Assembly (NCBI GenBank): GCA_964247055.1
Contig: OZ176052.1
Location: 2,790,001-2,854,000, forward strand
Origin: Paragordius varius
Lineage: Eukaryota > Animalia > Nematomorpha
DNA length: 64,000 bases
Reading direction: 5' to 3'
The position numbers and the translations under genes are program-made. Within the stretch, counting starts at the first letter, position 1. Each line of letters opens with the position of its first letter. Of this stretch, positions 62,319-64,000 are shown piece after piece. Below the pieces are notes generated by a model. The model was not told the origin of the DNA. It ran no database searches and was given only the letters and a program-made list of their open reading frames with translations.

Positions 62319-62922
62319 ATGTTGTTTACAAACCGATTTTAATGCTGAAACAGCACTTATTTTACAAAAAATAAATAAAAACTTTGGTACCAAAAGTTAA
62401 ATTCATCCACCCTTCTATTTCAATAAAATTACAAATTTATTTTGGTAAATGTTGTTTCCTATTACATTTGTAAAACGCACCGGTGATATAAGATGGCATT
62501 TAAAGCTTTAATAACACATGTATAATGAATGCATAAAATGGAATTTTCAAATGCATTTATTTTCTCATCATCAACCGTAAAGATTTTAACAAATAAATTA
62601 TTTATTTTTATTCATTTAACATATTAATTAATTAAATATTAGGGTGGCAATGGTAAAAAATTCATATAAACTAATTTACCAAACTAATTTAATAAATCCA
62701 ATAATTATTGACAATTTGGTATTATAAGGTTGATGTAAACTAACAGTAGATTATTAGAGTTTTTTTAAATGGCCAAATTCTTATTTAATAAAAATATTAA
62801 ATAATCATTATAATAAACATCTATACAACTATCTTTTAGCTATTAACTTCATTTCTTAATTTTTAATTATTTTTATGAATTGATTGAAATTGATTCATAA
62901 TATCATAAGTAATTTTCCATTA

Positions 62923-64000
62923 TCTACATATTTATAAAAATGGAAAATGCTGGCTTTGTGATCGGTTTCCGGAAAACCGGTAGACCCATTTAAATCCAAA
63001 TGTCGAAAAAATATATCATTAATTAATGCCCCGACAATAGCTTTTCTTTTTTGAATTAGGCCCCCAGTTCAGGCCCACCCCGTGTAAAAAAACGGGTTTT
63101 TCGAAAACAGAAGTCCACAATAATCGTACCTTTAAGACAATTTTCCGGAAAACGTGTTGAACCATTCGATTTCAAATATGATTTTTTTAACTTTTTGTCG
63201 ATTGCGCCGAACATAGTCGGCTCGCTTTTTTAATTTAGGCCCTCTTTTTACCCGCTCCCCCCGTAAAATGCCATTTTTTTCAAAAAAATTAAGTCCTTAA
63301 AAATAATATTTTAAATCTATTTTTGCCCAAGGTATGAGACCATAAAAATTTAACAAGTAAGGTATTCCCAGTTAAAAGGCAAACATTTTAATCGTGCGTT
63401 TTTTTATATTGGGTGCTGAAGCAGATACCCTCTAAAAACTGTCCCGTCATATTGAAATAGCGTGGCTTTGGGGCTAAATTTCAGAAAACCTATCTGGCCA
63501 TATGAGTTCTATAGGTGCTTAAAATATAACCCGTAACAAGGCAAAAATTTAGGTCGTGCGGTATTAAAAAATTAGCCGTTAGTTGTCAATTCACGCCTTG
63601 GAAAATGCGCCACCATGATTTTTTAATTTTAAGGCATTTTTTCCAAAAACTAATGTGAGCATATGGAATTCATGATTCCAAGTATCTTCTGTAAACAAAA
63701 TTTTAATCGAACGTCTTTTTTATATTGGTGTTTGGTTAGGGGGCTACCCGCTAACACCTGCGCCACCATATCGATACAACGTGACTTTAGGCATATTTTA
63801 GAAGACTTATCAGGCCATAATGTTTAATAAGGACTTGAAAAATTACCTGTAAAAAGGCAAAAATTTAAGTAGAGCGGTTTTAAATTACCCCTTTATAAGG
63901 CCCTTGCCCTGAAAAATGCGCCATTATAGAATGACTTTGATTTTGAGGCAATTTTTTGAAAATCCTACAAGAGAATGATTCCAGGTATTACCCGAATTAA
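62923..64000 (+). mobile_element. Non-autonomous Helitron copy 3, truncated by the window end
   Basis: A|TCTACATATTTATAAAAATGGAAAATGCTGGCTTTGTGATCGGTTTCCGGAAAACCGGTAGACC; colinear with 4577 onward and with 32390 on the minus strand. Confidence 0.92.

Noticed and set aside
1-64000. rRNA, tRNA, telomeric repeats, intact transposase or reverse transcriptase, alternative genetic code
   Set aside because: No matching motifs were seen by eye, and all four gene models translate cleanly with the standard code. A tRNAscan/Infernal run was not possible.

Overview
AT-rich (roughly 25% GC by eye) genomic DNA from an unidentified invertebrate; the PDZ-containing SYD-1 argues against a vertebrate. Four spliced protein-coding genes can be reconstructed by hand with phase-consistent GT-AG junctions. 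They are MED26 (-, 4 exons), a type II membrane protein ending in a divergent DUF268-like methyltransferase fold (+, 5 exons), an RS-domain cyclophilin of the PPIG/Moca-cyp type (-, about 16 exons), and a very large SYD-1/RhoGAP100F-type PDZ-C2-RhoGAP (+, at least 9 exons, 5' end unresolved). Most other recognisable sequence is non-autonomous transposon DNA, often nested: a Helitron family with an internal satellite, two piggyBac-like (TTAA) MITE families, a TA-target MITE with 21-bp subterminal repeats, ~1.1-kb-arm foldback elements, hAT remnants and two RTE LINE 3' ends. Main observations: (1) obligatory 25-30 nt spliceosomal introns coexist with kilobase TE-filled introns in the same genes; (2) the SYD-1 GAP arginine finger is replaced by Asp; (3) the DUF268-like protein appears to have lost its SAM-binding motif; (4) the Helitron carries a copy-number-variable higher-order repeat. 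No rRNA, tRNA, CRISPR array or intact transposase was found. All gene models and family assignments are manual and rest on recalled motifs, not database searches.
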